A stretch of DNA of 64,000 nucleotides from Chiloscyllium plagiosum. Taxonomy: Eukaryota. Made by a program: the position numbers and the translations under genes. The notes under the pieces were generated by a model that searched no databases, had not been told where the DNA came from, and saw only the letters and a program-made list of their open reading frames with translations. Below are positions 1-13,853 of this stretch, one piece after another (the stretch's first letter is position 1; the number at the start of each line of letters is the position of its first letter). The stretch covers positions 4,849,374 to 4,913,373 of the forward strand of contig NC_057748.1 of assembly GCF_004010195.1 (NCBI RefSeq), written 5' to 3'.

Positions 1-279
1 AGCCAGGGAGAGAGATTTTAAAATCTAAAGGGGCTATTTTGTTTTAAAATCAAAATGTGTTTCATGTGTGGAGTGAACTTCCAGAGGAAGGGTAGGATGA
101 AGGCAGAAGGATACAGGCTAAGCACAAGCAGGTGGGACTCACTTTAGAACATGTTGAAAGTGGACTGATTGGACTGCTAGATGGGGTGGAGAGACTGGAA
201 AAAGATTACAGCTACATGTTGGAGTATAGATGAAGTGCATTTTAATTAATCAAGACAGACAGTTTCAACACTTAAACTT

Positions 280-285
280 TTTATT
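280..285 (-). terminator. Polyadenylation signal of ferritin A
   Basis: AATAAA on the minus strand about 250 nt downstream of the stop codon. Confidence 0.7.
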
Positions 286-533
286 TACTTAAATCAGCAG
301 CTGTGCCATATAGCTTCACAATTTGTGCACTTGATAGAAGGTTTCACTGAAGTTGACCCAAAAGCATGTTTACTTTCACCTTTCCCTTACTCAAATTCAG
401 AGTTAATACCCATGAAAAAAGGTAGTACCAAAAACCTGACTCCATTCAAAAAAGGTAGACAAAAAAACACTTGTTAAAAAGAACATTTTGTAGGTGGTTT
501 TAGAGGCACACTGATTTCAAAGTGGTGGATCTT

Positions 534-2860
<2,327 letters not shown>

Positions 2861-2912
2861 TTAAAAAAAATTTCTTGAAAAGGTTAGACTAGTGAGGAAG
2901 AAACTAGGGTTC

Positions 2913-2944
2913 TATTCCGTCCAAACACTGTTGAAGCAAGAATA
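2913..2944 (-). promoter_or_regulatory. Canonical ferritin-type iron-responsive element in the 5' UTR of ferritin A
   Basis: Minus strand TATTCTTGCTTCAACAGTGTTTGGACGGAATA: CAGUGU loop, 5-bp upper stem UUCAA/UUGGA, UGC/C bulge, lower stem UAUUCU/GGAAUA. Confidence 0.96.
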
Positions 2945-2965
2945 CAACCCGAATTCTGAGCTACA

Positions 2966-3042
2966 GCCGCCCCCGAGCCTCTTATTTATCGCGCTACACG
3001 CCGCCCACAATCTTGTTACCGCCTCTCTGCGATGATTCAGCA
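2966..3042 (-). promoter_or_regulatory. Ferritin A core promoter: TATA-like GATAAATAA, GC boxes and an ARE
   Basis: GATAAATAAG (2990-2981), GGGCGG boxes near 2967-2973 and 3001-3006, ATGATTCAGCA (3032-3042, RTGAYnnnGCA); locally CpG-rich. Confidence 0.7.
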
Positions 3043-3169
3043 GAAAATGGTTAACCCCTCCAGTACTGGGCTCCTTACCGTCAACTCCTTAACCACGTTG
3101 AATTAACAAAGGAATCTGTTCATGTTGTAACTTGAGGCATTGATAGCCAGTTTGAGGGGTGATAGACAT

Positions 3170-3495
3170 TGTGATAGAATTCCTGCAGTGCATAAGGGGG
3201 CCATTCAGCCCATTGAGTCTGAGCATCCCACCCAGACTCCTCCCCTATATCCTCATTACCTGACATTTCCCATGGCTAATCCACCTACATCCCTGGACAT
3301 AAAGGGCAATTTCCCATGGCCAATCCATCCGAACCTGCACATCTTTGGACTGTGGGAGGAAACCGGAACACCCAGAGGAAATCCTCCAGACACAGGGAGA
3401 ATGTGTAAACTCCATACTGTCACCTGAGGATGGAATCGAATCTGATCCCTGGTGCTATGCGCCAATAGTGCTAACCAGTGAGCCACCATGCAGCC
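3170..3495 (-). mobile_element. HE1-like V-SINE (diverged)
   Basis: Reverse complement of the tRNA-like head TGGCTCACTGGTTAGCACT and of the V-domain GGTTTCCTCCCACAGTCCAAAGATGTG. Confidence 0.8.
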
Positions 3496-3520
3496 CCAAG
3501 GTGTGCACTTGCAATACCGT

Positions 3521-3843
3521 GGGTGGCACGGTGGCACAGTGGTTAGCACTGTTGCCTCACAGCGCCAGAGACCCGGGTTCAATTCCCGCCTCAGGTGACT
3601 GACTGTGTGGAGTTTGCACGTTCTCCCCGTGTCTGCGTGGGTTTCCTCCGGGTGCTCCGGTTTCCTCCCACAGTCCAAAGATGTGCGGGTCAGGTGAATT
3701 GGCCATGCTAGATTGCCTGTAGTGTTAGGTATAGGGGTAAATGTAGGGGTATGGGTGAGTTGCGCTTCGGCAGGTCGGTGTGGACTTGTTGGGCTGAAGG
3801 GCCTGTTTCCACACTGTAATGTAATCTAATCAAATCTAATCAA
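3521..3843 (+). mobile_element. HE1-like V-SINE (full length)
   Basis: A box GGTGGCACAGTGGTTAGC, B box GGGTTCAATTCCC, V-domain, LINE-like tail GGGCCTGTTTCCACACTGTA and (AATCT)n. Other copies at about 820-1100(-), 5627-5935(+), 7895-8212(-), 14044-14371(+), 17963-18236(-), 19958-20297(+), 32544-32843(-), 43693-44108(+), 44977-45260(-), 47665-47970(+), 48095-48485(+), 57830-58108(-), 61837-62125(-). Confidence 0.9.
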
Positions 3844-5399
3844 AGCATACAGGACTATGGGCCAAGTGCTGGAAAATGGGATTACCCAGTGTGGCATTCA
3901 GGAACCTTGGCAAGACTGGAGTCAACAAGAATTGGGGTAAGTTTTCCATTGTTTGGAGTCAAACCTGGCATATAAAAACATTATCCATTATCCAAACAAT
4001 CGGTTATCCTAACAATCATTTATCCGGACAAAATGCTCCCCATCCGTCTTGTTCAGATAATCGAGGTTCTTCTATATATGGAGGTAATTCTGAAAACTTG
4101 CCCAACAGTTTTATGAATATTTTGAATTCATTCTTTCATAGGATGTGGGTATTGCTGGCAAGACCACCATATGCAGTTCACACTGTTAGGAAACAACCAC
4201 ATTGCTGTGGGTATGGAGTCACATGTTGGCCAGGCCAGATCATAGATTTCCTTCCTTAAAAGGACCAGATGTTGCTTTTCTGACTATCAATGATACTGTA
4301 ATGCTCACCATTTATTGGCAATGGCTTTCAACTCCAGATTTATCAATAAAATTCAAATTCTACCGGTTGCCATGGTGGGGATTTGAACTCATGCTCCTAG
4401 GACCTTAGCCTAAGACACATCTCTGCTCTGGGCCAAGCCAGTCAGCAGGCCTCCCAATGCTCAGTGGGCACGAGGGACCATCCCTGACCCACATGGGGTG
4501 GATGGGCCTGCTCACTACCCAGTGTCTCAACAAGTAAGGTTGAGCTTGCAGTCAGCACCAACGGATGGGCAAGTGTAACAAAACACTTTGGAGTTGATCG
4601 TACCTGTTCTCGAATACCTGCGCTCTGTAGTCACATTAGCGAGAAGCTCTTAACAAAAATGACTCTGTAAGCCTGCTTCATTCACAATGTTAGAGAATCA
4701 GAAATTACTGGCGAAAGTCAGCATCTGTGTGTACCTCACACTCATTTGAGCTTGGAAATGTTGCCGGCCACCTATGACGAGACAACTCTTAAGAGCAAGC
4801 AGCTGACACTGTAGTGTAAGGGGTTAAGTCAGATCGTGAGCAATTCTAATGAGACAGTGTGCATCATCAGAAGAACTGATACAATGTCACATGATCCTGC
4901 GCTCTCTTGCAGCATCGCATTGTAACCACAATAAGATGTTTTTTAAGTTAAATGATTTCCTGAACTCAGCAGCCTCTGTAAATGTTCCTCAACCATCCAA
5001 TGGGTCCAGGATTAGTATAAGTCCCACCTCCTTGTTGTCAATCTGGACTGTTCCTTCAGTACCAACCTAAATTCCAAATGAATGAGGATTCAGGCACTCT
5101 GTGAATGTTTACATGTCAGAATATTATTTCATGGCTTTCGACAAAAAAATGCATTATTTCTATCTGGGCTCTTGGGTGAAATGCTTTCTCATGAGTTTAT
5201 AAATGCTAAGTGGAAATGGTTTATCCCCTTGAGTTAAGAAATTCATTACCTTTCTATTTAATTGAAAAGTATGTGCAGAGACAGTGGTCGCACCTCTGGA
5301 TCATTCATAGTACAATGTAGGGCCATCGATTATCACAGAAAGTGAAGCATCAGGACACATGCAGACTGACTCACTGCATTTGTATTGGCTGTGACTTCA

Positions 5400-6500
5400 G
5401 TGGCTGGCACTTTCTTCTGGTTAGAGGTTGTGGTATCAAAGCCCACACCAGAGACTCAGTGACATTGACAGTGACAGTGCAGCATTGAGGGAGCGCCGTG
5501 TTGTTCAAGTCGTTCAGGTCGAGGCCATGCCTGAGTTCTCACTTGGGTGCAATGTAAACAATCCCACGGACACTGTTTGGTCCCTGTCCAATATTCACCC
5601 CAAATTGGCTGGTCTGACTCCAATGCTGGGCGGCACAGTGGCACAGTGGTTAGCACTGCTGCCTCACAGCGCCAGAGACCCGGGTTCAATTCCTGCCTCA
5701 GGTAACTGTCTGTGTGGAGTTTGGACATTCTCCCAGTGTCTGAGTGGGTTTGCTCCAGTTTCCTCCCACAATCCAAAAATGTGCAGGTCAGGTGAATTGG
5801 CCTGGCTAAATTGCCTGTAGTGTTAGGTGAAGGGGTAAATTAGGGGAATGGGTCTGGGTGGGTTGCACTTTGGCAGGTCGGTGTGGACTTGTTGGGCCAA
5901 AGGGCCTGTTTCCACACTGTAAGTAACTAATCTAAGATATCTTTTTCTAAACACTGTCCATGGGATCGTGTACATTGCACCCATGCCATATTTTTATTTA
6001 TTCATTCATGGGATGAGGGCACCTCTCACTAGGCCAGCATTTATTGCCCATCTCTAATTGCCCAGAGGGCAGTTAAGAGTTAACTACATCGCTGTGGGTC
6101 TGGAGACACATGTAGGTCAGACCGGATAAGTATAGCAAATTTCTTTCCCGAAAGGGCATTAGTGTGCGAGATGGGTTTTTCCTGACAATTAGCAATGGAT
6201 TTATGATCATCATTAGATTCTTAATTCCAGATTTTTATTGGATTCATATGCCACCATCTGCCATAGTGGGATTCAAACCCAGGTCCCCAGAACATTACCT
6301 TGGTCTCCAGATTAACAGGCCAGCAATAATACCACTAGGTCACTGCCTCGTTGTTGTGGGATCTTGCTGTGCACACCTTGGCTGCCATTTTTTTCCTGCA
6401 TTGGAAGAGTAATGACACATCAAAAGCTCCTTAGCTGGAAAGTGCATTATGATGTCCTGAGGTTGTGAAAGGCACAAATTAAATGCCAATCCTTTTACTT
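5400..6500 (+). mobile_element. Old DeuSINE-like (SacSINE1-like) element split by two younger SINE insertions
   Basis: 5' part 5400-5625 (tRNA-like head, TCCCTGTCCAATATTCACCCC) and 3' part 6340-6500 (GTGGGATCTTGCTGTGCACA...GTCCTGAGGTTGTGAAAGGC) are separated by an HE1-like SINE (5627-5935) and a second SINE family (5995-6340, minus). Family named from memory. Confidence 0.5.
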
Positions 6501-8997
6501 CAATAAGATTTGATGGAAAATTCAGTAGCAAGTTGGTGGCTTAGTGTAATGTCACTGCACCATGAATCCAGAAACCCCAGGTTAAAGCTCTTCAGATACT
6601 GGTTCATAAGACAGCTAATGGAATTTGATGGAATTTGACTGAATGAGTAAAAGCTGGAATTGAAATCCAGTCTCAGTAATGGTGACCAGGACGACATTCA
6701 TTTATTGTTGTTAAAAACCCATCTGTCCCTTCAGAGAAGGAAATCTGACCTACCCATGACTCCAGACTCACTGTGGTTGACTGTTAACTGCCCTCTGAAA
6801 TGGTCGAGCCAGCAACCTATTTCAAGGGGCAATTAGGGATTGGCAACAAACACTGGCTCATCCAATGAGAGAATAAAGAAACCTGAAATTTGAAATCGGT
6901 AGGATGGCAGGGTGTGTAAAATTGATACAAGCACAGAGATTGCTGGATTAATTCAGCATCTCTGGCAGTACCTGTGGCGAGAGAAACAGAGTCAATGTTT
7001 CCAGCCCTGTTACCCATCTCATGTAAAACTGACTGTGTGGAGATTTCAAACAAACAAGAGAAGATTTCCCACTTTTGTGTTTCCCTCTAGCATCTTCATC
7101 ATTAAATTATTTGTCTTATTTCTTGAGGCTTTGACTTACCTACACAACAGGAAGCATGACAAAGTAATTAGACGAGTGCAAGGCAATTGGACTTGGCTTA
7201 AGAATGACAAATGGATGCATCAGCAGCAAACACAAAATTTGCAGAGTGCAAAGCCAATTAATGAGTTGTAAATATTAACTCCAGATATGGAATGTGATTG
7301 GAATCATGTTTAGCGCCCAGGTGGTTCTCAACACGTCTCACACCGACCTCATAATGTCTCTCTTCAGTTCAATCTATCATTGTCAGATTTTAAGATTAAT
7401 GATGTCATTTATTGTAATACTGCTGACCAGCTAGCATTGAGCAATAAGGAGCAATTAGCAATTCAGTATGGTAATGAACTTACTGTAGACTCGTGAGATG
7501 ATGAGTCACTTGAGGGCAACTTTAAGAATTTAATCATGTGATAAGGGCAAGGCCAGCATTTATTGCTCATCCCTAAATTGCCCTTGACATAAGGGTCATT
7601 CCAGAGGGCACATAAGAGTCACATTGCTGTTGGTCTGGATTCACACATAGGTCAGACCAAGTAAGGACAGCAGATTTCCTTCCCAGATGGGTTTTTTTTT
7701 AACTATACATTCACAGGATGTGGATGTCACTGTCTTGGCCAGCATTTATTGCCCATCACTAATTGCCCAGCGGGCAGTTAAGAGTCAACCACATTGTTCT
7801 GGGTCTGGAGTCACATGTAGGCCAGACTACTTTCCTTCCCTCAGGGCCATTGGTGAAACCACAGAGTTAGCCATTAGACTATCTCTTCCCCCCTAGAATT
7901 CCTACATTGTGGAAACAGGCCATTTGGCCCATCAGGTCCACACCAATCCTCCGAAGATCATCCCATCCAGACCCACCCTATTCCTGTAACCCTGCGTTTT
8001 CCATGGCTAACCCACCTAACCTGCACATCCCTGGATACTACAGAGTAATTTCCCATGGCCAATCTGCCCTAACCTGCACATCTTTGGACTGCAGGAGAAA
8101 ACCACACAGACACAGGGAGAATGTGCAAACTCTAGTCGTCCAAGGGTGGATTTGAACCTGGGCCCCTGGTGCAGTGAGAGGCAGTGCTAACCACTGAGCC
8201 ACTGTGCTGCCAAATTGCAGATTTTTTAAATGCATATCTCCATAATATTAGAATACGATTCTGGAGTACTGGTCTAATGACAGTACCACTACATGACTGT
8301 CATCTGCAATATAAGCACATGCTCTCAGCCTTTAAACCAGTGTAGGTCTGAAGAAGTACTGTACAGTACTGTCAGAAGTGTTGATCCAGTAGCAATGTCT
8401 GCATCTTATGTAAAATATCCCCAGAACACCATACAAAGAAAAAGTGCAAAATTATTCCAATGTCCGGTCCAAAATGTTGTTAATCTGAGGCCCAACAGTT
8501 CTAATTATGTAGGGAGAAATAGATACTGCAGATGCTGGAGATTAGAGCCAAGATTAGAGTATTGCTGGAAAAGCACAGCAGGTCAGGCAGCATCCGAGGA
8601 GCAGGAAAATCGACATTTCGGGCAAAAGCCCTTCATCAGGAAAGTTGTAATTATGTTACATTCTGTGCATATAAAACAGACAGGCAGGCAGGCAGAAAAT
8701 GCAGAAGCTTAAACATATGCACTAACAGATTCAAGAACAGCTTCTTTCCCGCTGTAATCAGATTGCTGAATGGACCTCACTCACTTCAAACCTAATGTTG
8801 TTGCCGTAACTTTGTATACCTTTCTCTGTCTAAGCACTCTGTGATCTGTATGTCCTTGTTTGCTATATGATCTGCGTGTGCTGCTCGCAAAACAAAACTT
8901 TTCACTGTACTCAGGTACATGTGACAGCAATAAATCAAATCAAATTAAAGATGTTATGTTCAGTCTCTGTCAAATTTATCATCACAAAATTAAAGAG

Positions 8998-9498
8998 NNN
9001 NNNNNNNNNNNNNNNNNNNNNNNNNNNNNNNNNNNNNNNNNNNNNNNNNNNNNNNNNNNNNNNNNNNNNNNNNNNNNNNNNNNNNNNNNNNNNNNNNNNN
9101 NNNNNNNNNNNNNNNNNNNNNNNNNNNNNNNNNNNNNNNNNNNNNNNNNNNNNNNNNNNNNNNNNNNNNNNNNNNNNNNNNNNNNNNNNNNNNNNNNNNN
9201 NNNNNNNNNNNNNNNNNNNNNNNNNNNNNNNNNNNNNNNNNNNNNNNNNNNNNNNNNNNNNNNNNNNNNNNNNNNNNNNNNNNNNNNNNNNNNNNNNNNN
9301 NNNNNNNNNNNNNNNNNNNNNNNNNNNNNNNNNNNNNNNNNNNNNNNNNNNNNNNNNNNNNNNNNNNNNNNNNNNNNNNNNNNNNNNNNNNNNNNNNNNN
9401 NNNNNNNNNNNNNNNNNNNNNNNNNNNNNNNNNNNNNNNNNNNNNNNNNNNNNNNNNNNNNNNNNNNNNNNNNNNNNNNNNNNNNNNNNNNNNNNNNA
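8998..9498. other. Assembly gap
   Basis: Run of N. Confidence 1.
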
Positions 9499-9939
9499 AT
9501 GACTCCAAACACTATAAAGGCCAATAAAGAGCCCATTATACATGTGCAGATACAGTTCCAGAATGCATCCACACTTGCTGATATCACCAAATTCCATGCA
9601 CAATGATACCAAAGCATGCACAAATAGCTCCACCTTGATTTCATGGTCAAGGTTAGAGTGGTGCTGGAAAAGCACAGCAGGACAGGAGCATCTGAGGAGC
9701 AGGAAAATCAACATTTCGGGCAAAAGCCCTTCATCAGGAATTTCATGGCAGCTAGCTTTTCGAAAGGTGATCCTGAGGGGTCTTGACTTGTTGGAGGGGA
9801 AGAATGTTTGTAAGTGAATCTAGGACCAGGGGTCACTGTTTAAAAATAAAGGGGTGCTCATTTAAACCAGAGCCGAGGCAACTTTTTTCTCCCTCAGAGG
9901 GTTGTGAGTCTTTGTAATTCCCTTCCTCAGACAGATGGA

Positions 9940-10735
9940 ATTCAGTAAAATGCGAGGTGCTGCATTTTGGGAAAGCAAATCTTAGCAGGATTATACACTT
10001 AACGGTAAGGTCCCAGGGAGTGTTGCTGAACAAAGAGACCGTGGAGTGCAGCTTCATAGCTCTTTGAAAGTGGAGTCACAGGTAGATGGGATAGTGAAGA
10101 AGGCATTTGGTATGCTTTCCTTTATTGGTCAGAGTATTGAGTACAGAGGTTGGGAGGTCATGTTGCGGCTGTACAGGACATTGGTTAGGCCACTGTTGGA
10201 ATATTGCGTGCAATTCTGGTCTCCTTCCTATCGGAAAGATGTTGTGAAATTTGAAAGGGTTCAGAAAAGATTTACAAGGATGTTGCCACGGTTGGAGGAT
10301 TTGAGCTATAGGGAGAGGCTGAACAGGCTGGGGCTGTTTTCCCTGGAGCGTTGGAGGTTGAGGGGTGACCTTATAGAGGTTTATAAAATTATGAGGGGCA
10401 TGGATAGGGTAAATAGGCAAAGTATTTTCCCTGGGGTTGGGGAATCCAGAACTAGAGGGCATAGGTTTAGGGTGAGAGGGGAGAGATATAAAATAGACCA
10501 AAGGGGCAACGTTTTCATGCAGAGGGTGGTTCGTGTATGGAATGAGCTGCCAGAGGAAGTGGTGAGGCTGGTACAATTGCAACATTTAAGAGGCATTTGG
10601 ATGAATGGGAAGGGTTTGGAGGGATATAGGCCGGGCGCTGGCAGGTGGAACTAGATTGGGTTGGGATATCTGGTCGGCATGGACAGGTTGGACCAAAGGG
10701 TCTGTTTCCATGCTGTACATCTCTATGACTCTATA
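9940..10735 (+). mobile_element. CR1-clade LINE (HER-like) 3' fragment
   Basis: ORF2 C-terminus LYRTLVRPLLEYCVQFWSP...RLRGDLIEVYKIM...WNELP, then a 3' tail ending in (TCTATGA)-type repeats. Confidence 0.92.
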
Positions 10736-10944
10736 TGGCAGCAGATGCAAAATCTTTAAATATTTTTAAAGCAAAGCTAGATAGATTCTTGATGACCCAG
10801 GGGATATGCAGGATGTAGAGTTGAGGTTAGAATCAGATTAGCTTTGCTCTTATTGAATGTGAGGGCAGGCTTGAAAGGCAGGGGGACCCAGTCTTGTTCC
10901 TTGTTAGTGTGTGGCAGTCAAAGGCGAGACAGTAAATGAGCCAT

Positions 10945-11410
10945 CTCCTTCTATTCCCTTCCTATTCATATTCGGTATTCAGCCAGGTGTTTCATGAATG
11001 CTGCTATTGTGTCTGTTACCACCACCTCCTCTGGTAGCGCGTTCCAGACACTCACCACCTTTTGTGTGAAAAACCTGCCTCACACATCTCTTTTAAACTT
11101 CCCTCCCCCACATCTTGAACCTGTGTCCCTTAGTAATTGACCCCTTCAATCTGGGAAAAAGCCTCACACTTTCCACTCTATCCACGCCATTCACAATGTT
11201 ATAAACTTCTACCAGGTCACCTGCATTCCTGAGAAAACAAACCCAGTCTATCCAAGATTTCTTCATAGCTGGAATCCCCCAGACCAGGCAACATCCTGGT
11301 AAATCTGCTCTAGGTCCTCTCCAAAACATCCATATCCTTCTGATAGTGTGGTGACCAGAACTGTAAGCAATACACCAAGTGTGGCCCAACTGAAGTTCTA
11401 TCAAGCTGCT
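10945..11410 (-). mobile_element. CR1 LINE 3' fragment
   Basis: Degenerate GDLVEVYNIV...TKGHRFK ORF2 tail on the minus strand. Confidence 0.8.
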
Positions 11411-11711
11411 TCTATAATTTAATATAATTCAATAACTTCTTTAAAACAAATGTTATCAGGGACAGATGAGAATGTGGAATTCAGCATGATCATATTAAAC
11501 AGCAGAGCAGGTTGAAAGGGCTGAATGGCCTTCTGCTGCTCCTATTTCATACATTCAGAATGTTTCCACTATTACTTTAGGTTTGTGGCCTCTGAATAAT
11601 GATGTCCTTACTGATCAAAGTCAGTCCTTCCTATCTAGTCAATGATGCGTCCTCATGTGCCTCAATTAAATTTTATTTAAACCTCATCTGATTGAAAGAA
11701 AATGACCTCAG

Positions 11712-11900
11712 CCAACCCAACCTTCCCACAGGCAATCCAAATTTCCAAACCAATCCAACCTTCCTATGCCAAGCCAAACTTCCAAAGCCAATCCAACCTT
11801 CCCACAGCCAATCCAAATTTCCAAACCAATCCAACCTTCCCATGCCAAGCCAAACTTCCAAAGCCAATCCAACCTACCCATGCCAATCTAACCTTCCTAC
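11712..11900 (+). repeat. C/A-rich minisatellite, ~76-bp unit built from ~19-bp subunits, ~2.5 copies
   Basis: CAATCCAAATTTCCAAAC recurs at 11733 and 11809. Confidence 0.8.
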
Positions 11901-12767
11901 AGAGCTAAGAATCTCACAAATCCCCACCAAAGCCTTTTGGTTACCACTGTATTCGCCCCACCCTGTAAAACATGGCCACTGCACAGAAGTGTAACTAACC
12001 TAACTTGGAGTCCACATTAGTGCAAACATATACATATGAGATGTACAGGGCAGTACTGGAGGTGATTGGTCACCTTTAATTGACCTGCATTGAACACGTG
12101 CTCGGAACCGACTCTGAAACAAACAGCATGACCTGGAGTGCTAGATCTACAGGCATGTTTGCTGGAACAGTTTATTCTGAACTCGAGCAGGGGCTGAGAC
12201 AAAAGTTGCACAGTCAGTGTTGCCAGTAACTGACAGGCTCCAGTGACTCACACCGATGTGGTTTGTAAAAAATCTGTCTGCCCTGATGGGGTTTGGGAAA
12301 TAGCAGAAACCTGTTTTGTAAGTCTGGAACATTTCAGTTGTGCCTTTTTGTTGTATAACCCCAGCTCCCATACTCGACGCAGTTTTTGAGGTACATGTTA
12401 TATTGCCAAACACCAATGATGACAGAAGAACATGGACTGCGCAGTGAGGAGAACTGGAGACTTGATCCTGTTTGTCAGACATTTTGAGGGAATGTCAATA
12501 TCAGACCAAACACTGTTGTAATGACCTCCCTTGGGTTCCAATTGTGCAATTTTAATTCAAACTTTCCGACTGGGACAGATTGTTTACTGAGTGTTTCCCA
12601 CATCGTGAAGGCAACATGAAAGGTGTCCACTGTGTGACATCTAGAAAAATTGCTAAGTCACTTTAAAGCAATTGGACTGATGATGTTTCCAGAATTGCCA
12701 AATCTTTCAAAGTATGCTTGGTTTGTTAACATTGTAACATTACAACTCCAATGACGTGTTACTGAGA

Positions 12768-12778
12768 GTGAGTCAGCA
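12768..12778 (+). promoter_or_regulatory. Candidate ARE/MARE (NRF2/BACH1-sMaf site)
   Basis: GTGAGTCAGCA in apparently non-repetitive DNA, next to TGACGTG (12752-12758). Confidence 0.45.
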
Positions 12779-13630
12779 ATGTGAGGGAACTGAAAGAGTA
12801 AAACTGAAGATAATATCAGTAACATGGAGTCCCGGCTGGGAACAGGGAACAACCAGGCAAGATTTATTCTGTGTAACATACGTCTCATGAGCAATGTTTC
12901 CCCTTTTGGAAATTGAGGCCCCATAAAAACTGAATTTTCCTGTAGAGTGTGAGATTTCATTTAACAGCAGAAATTAACTTCCTTAAATTCTAGCATAGGA
13001 AAACAAAAGGGAAACATTACGAGAAACACAGAGGTCACGATGTACATTGAACTGGTGCCAAACGTATCCTATTATCAGTTCAAAAATAGGAATGTTTGTC
13101 CATAGAAGGAATAAAAACTAACCTTCAAATGGAGATGGACAAAAGGGCAATGACCATTGAACATCCTGAGTATTTGTTCTATGGTCTAAAGGCTAAAGGG
13201 TTCAGGGTAAATTTCCTGCCCCTGGAAATACGATACAACCATTAGTGCCAGGGACAGAGGGGAGTTCTCAGAGGGCAGTCCTCAGGGAGCTGTCTTCCTC
13301 AGGTAGAAGATGGACCAGAAGAAGAGGAGGAAGACCCAGGGAAGAATTTCCAAACTCCTCGGCTGCAGAGCAGGATGCTGCTGCACCACTTTAACACGAC
13401 CGAGCCATTCCAGGCCAACAGGCTGTGTGCCCTCTGGCATCAGTGAGCCGTGCCCAGCTGTCAGGGATGTACACTTTCCTTAACCCACTCACTAACGTAC
13501 CTCACCTAAACAGCTGCTTCTTAACAAACTCAATAAACCGCCAGAAAATCGATTACAAATTGTCGATTTTAGGTAAGTCAGATGTCACACGACATCAGGT
13601 TATAGTCCAACAGGTTTATTTAAAATCACA

Positions 13631-13853
13631 GAGGAGAAAGTGAGGTCTGCAGATGCTGGAGATCAGAGCTGAAAATGTGTTGCTGGAAAAGCGCAGCAGG
13701 TCAGGCAGCATCCAAGGAACAGGAGAATCGACGTTTCGGGCATAAGCCCTTCTTCAGGATTCCTGAAGAAGGGCTTATGCCCGAAACGTCGATTCTCCTG
13801 TTCCTTGGATGCTGCCTGACCTGCTGCGCTTTTCCAGCAACACATTTTCAGCT
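13631..13853. mobile_element. Penelope-like terminal-repeat insertion forming a perfect palindrome, with a minimal hammerhead core on each strand
   Basis: 93-bp arms 13667-13759 and 13761-13853 with a 1-nt spacer; flanking duplication ATTTAAAATCACA (13618-13630, 13854-13866); core CTGAAGA-AGGGCTTATGCCC-GAAACGTC. Confidence 0.85.

Noticed and set aside
3524-3595. tRNA gene
   Set aside because: tRNA-derived SINE head that continues into the SINE body; no poly-T terminator.
3256-3678. Recurrent MDCGRKPEHPEETHADTGR and TVAQWLALLPHS ORFs as a gene family
   Set aside because: Translations of SINE copies.
8860-9723. Long ORFs across N runs (also 46233-47176 and 53721-54754)
   Set aside because: Artefacts of translating assembly gaps.
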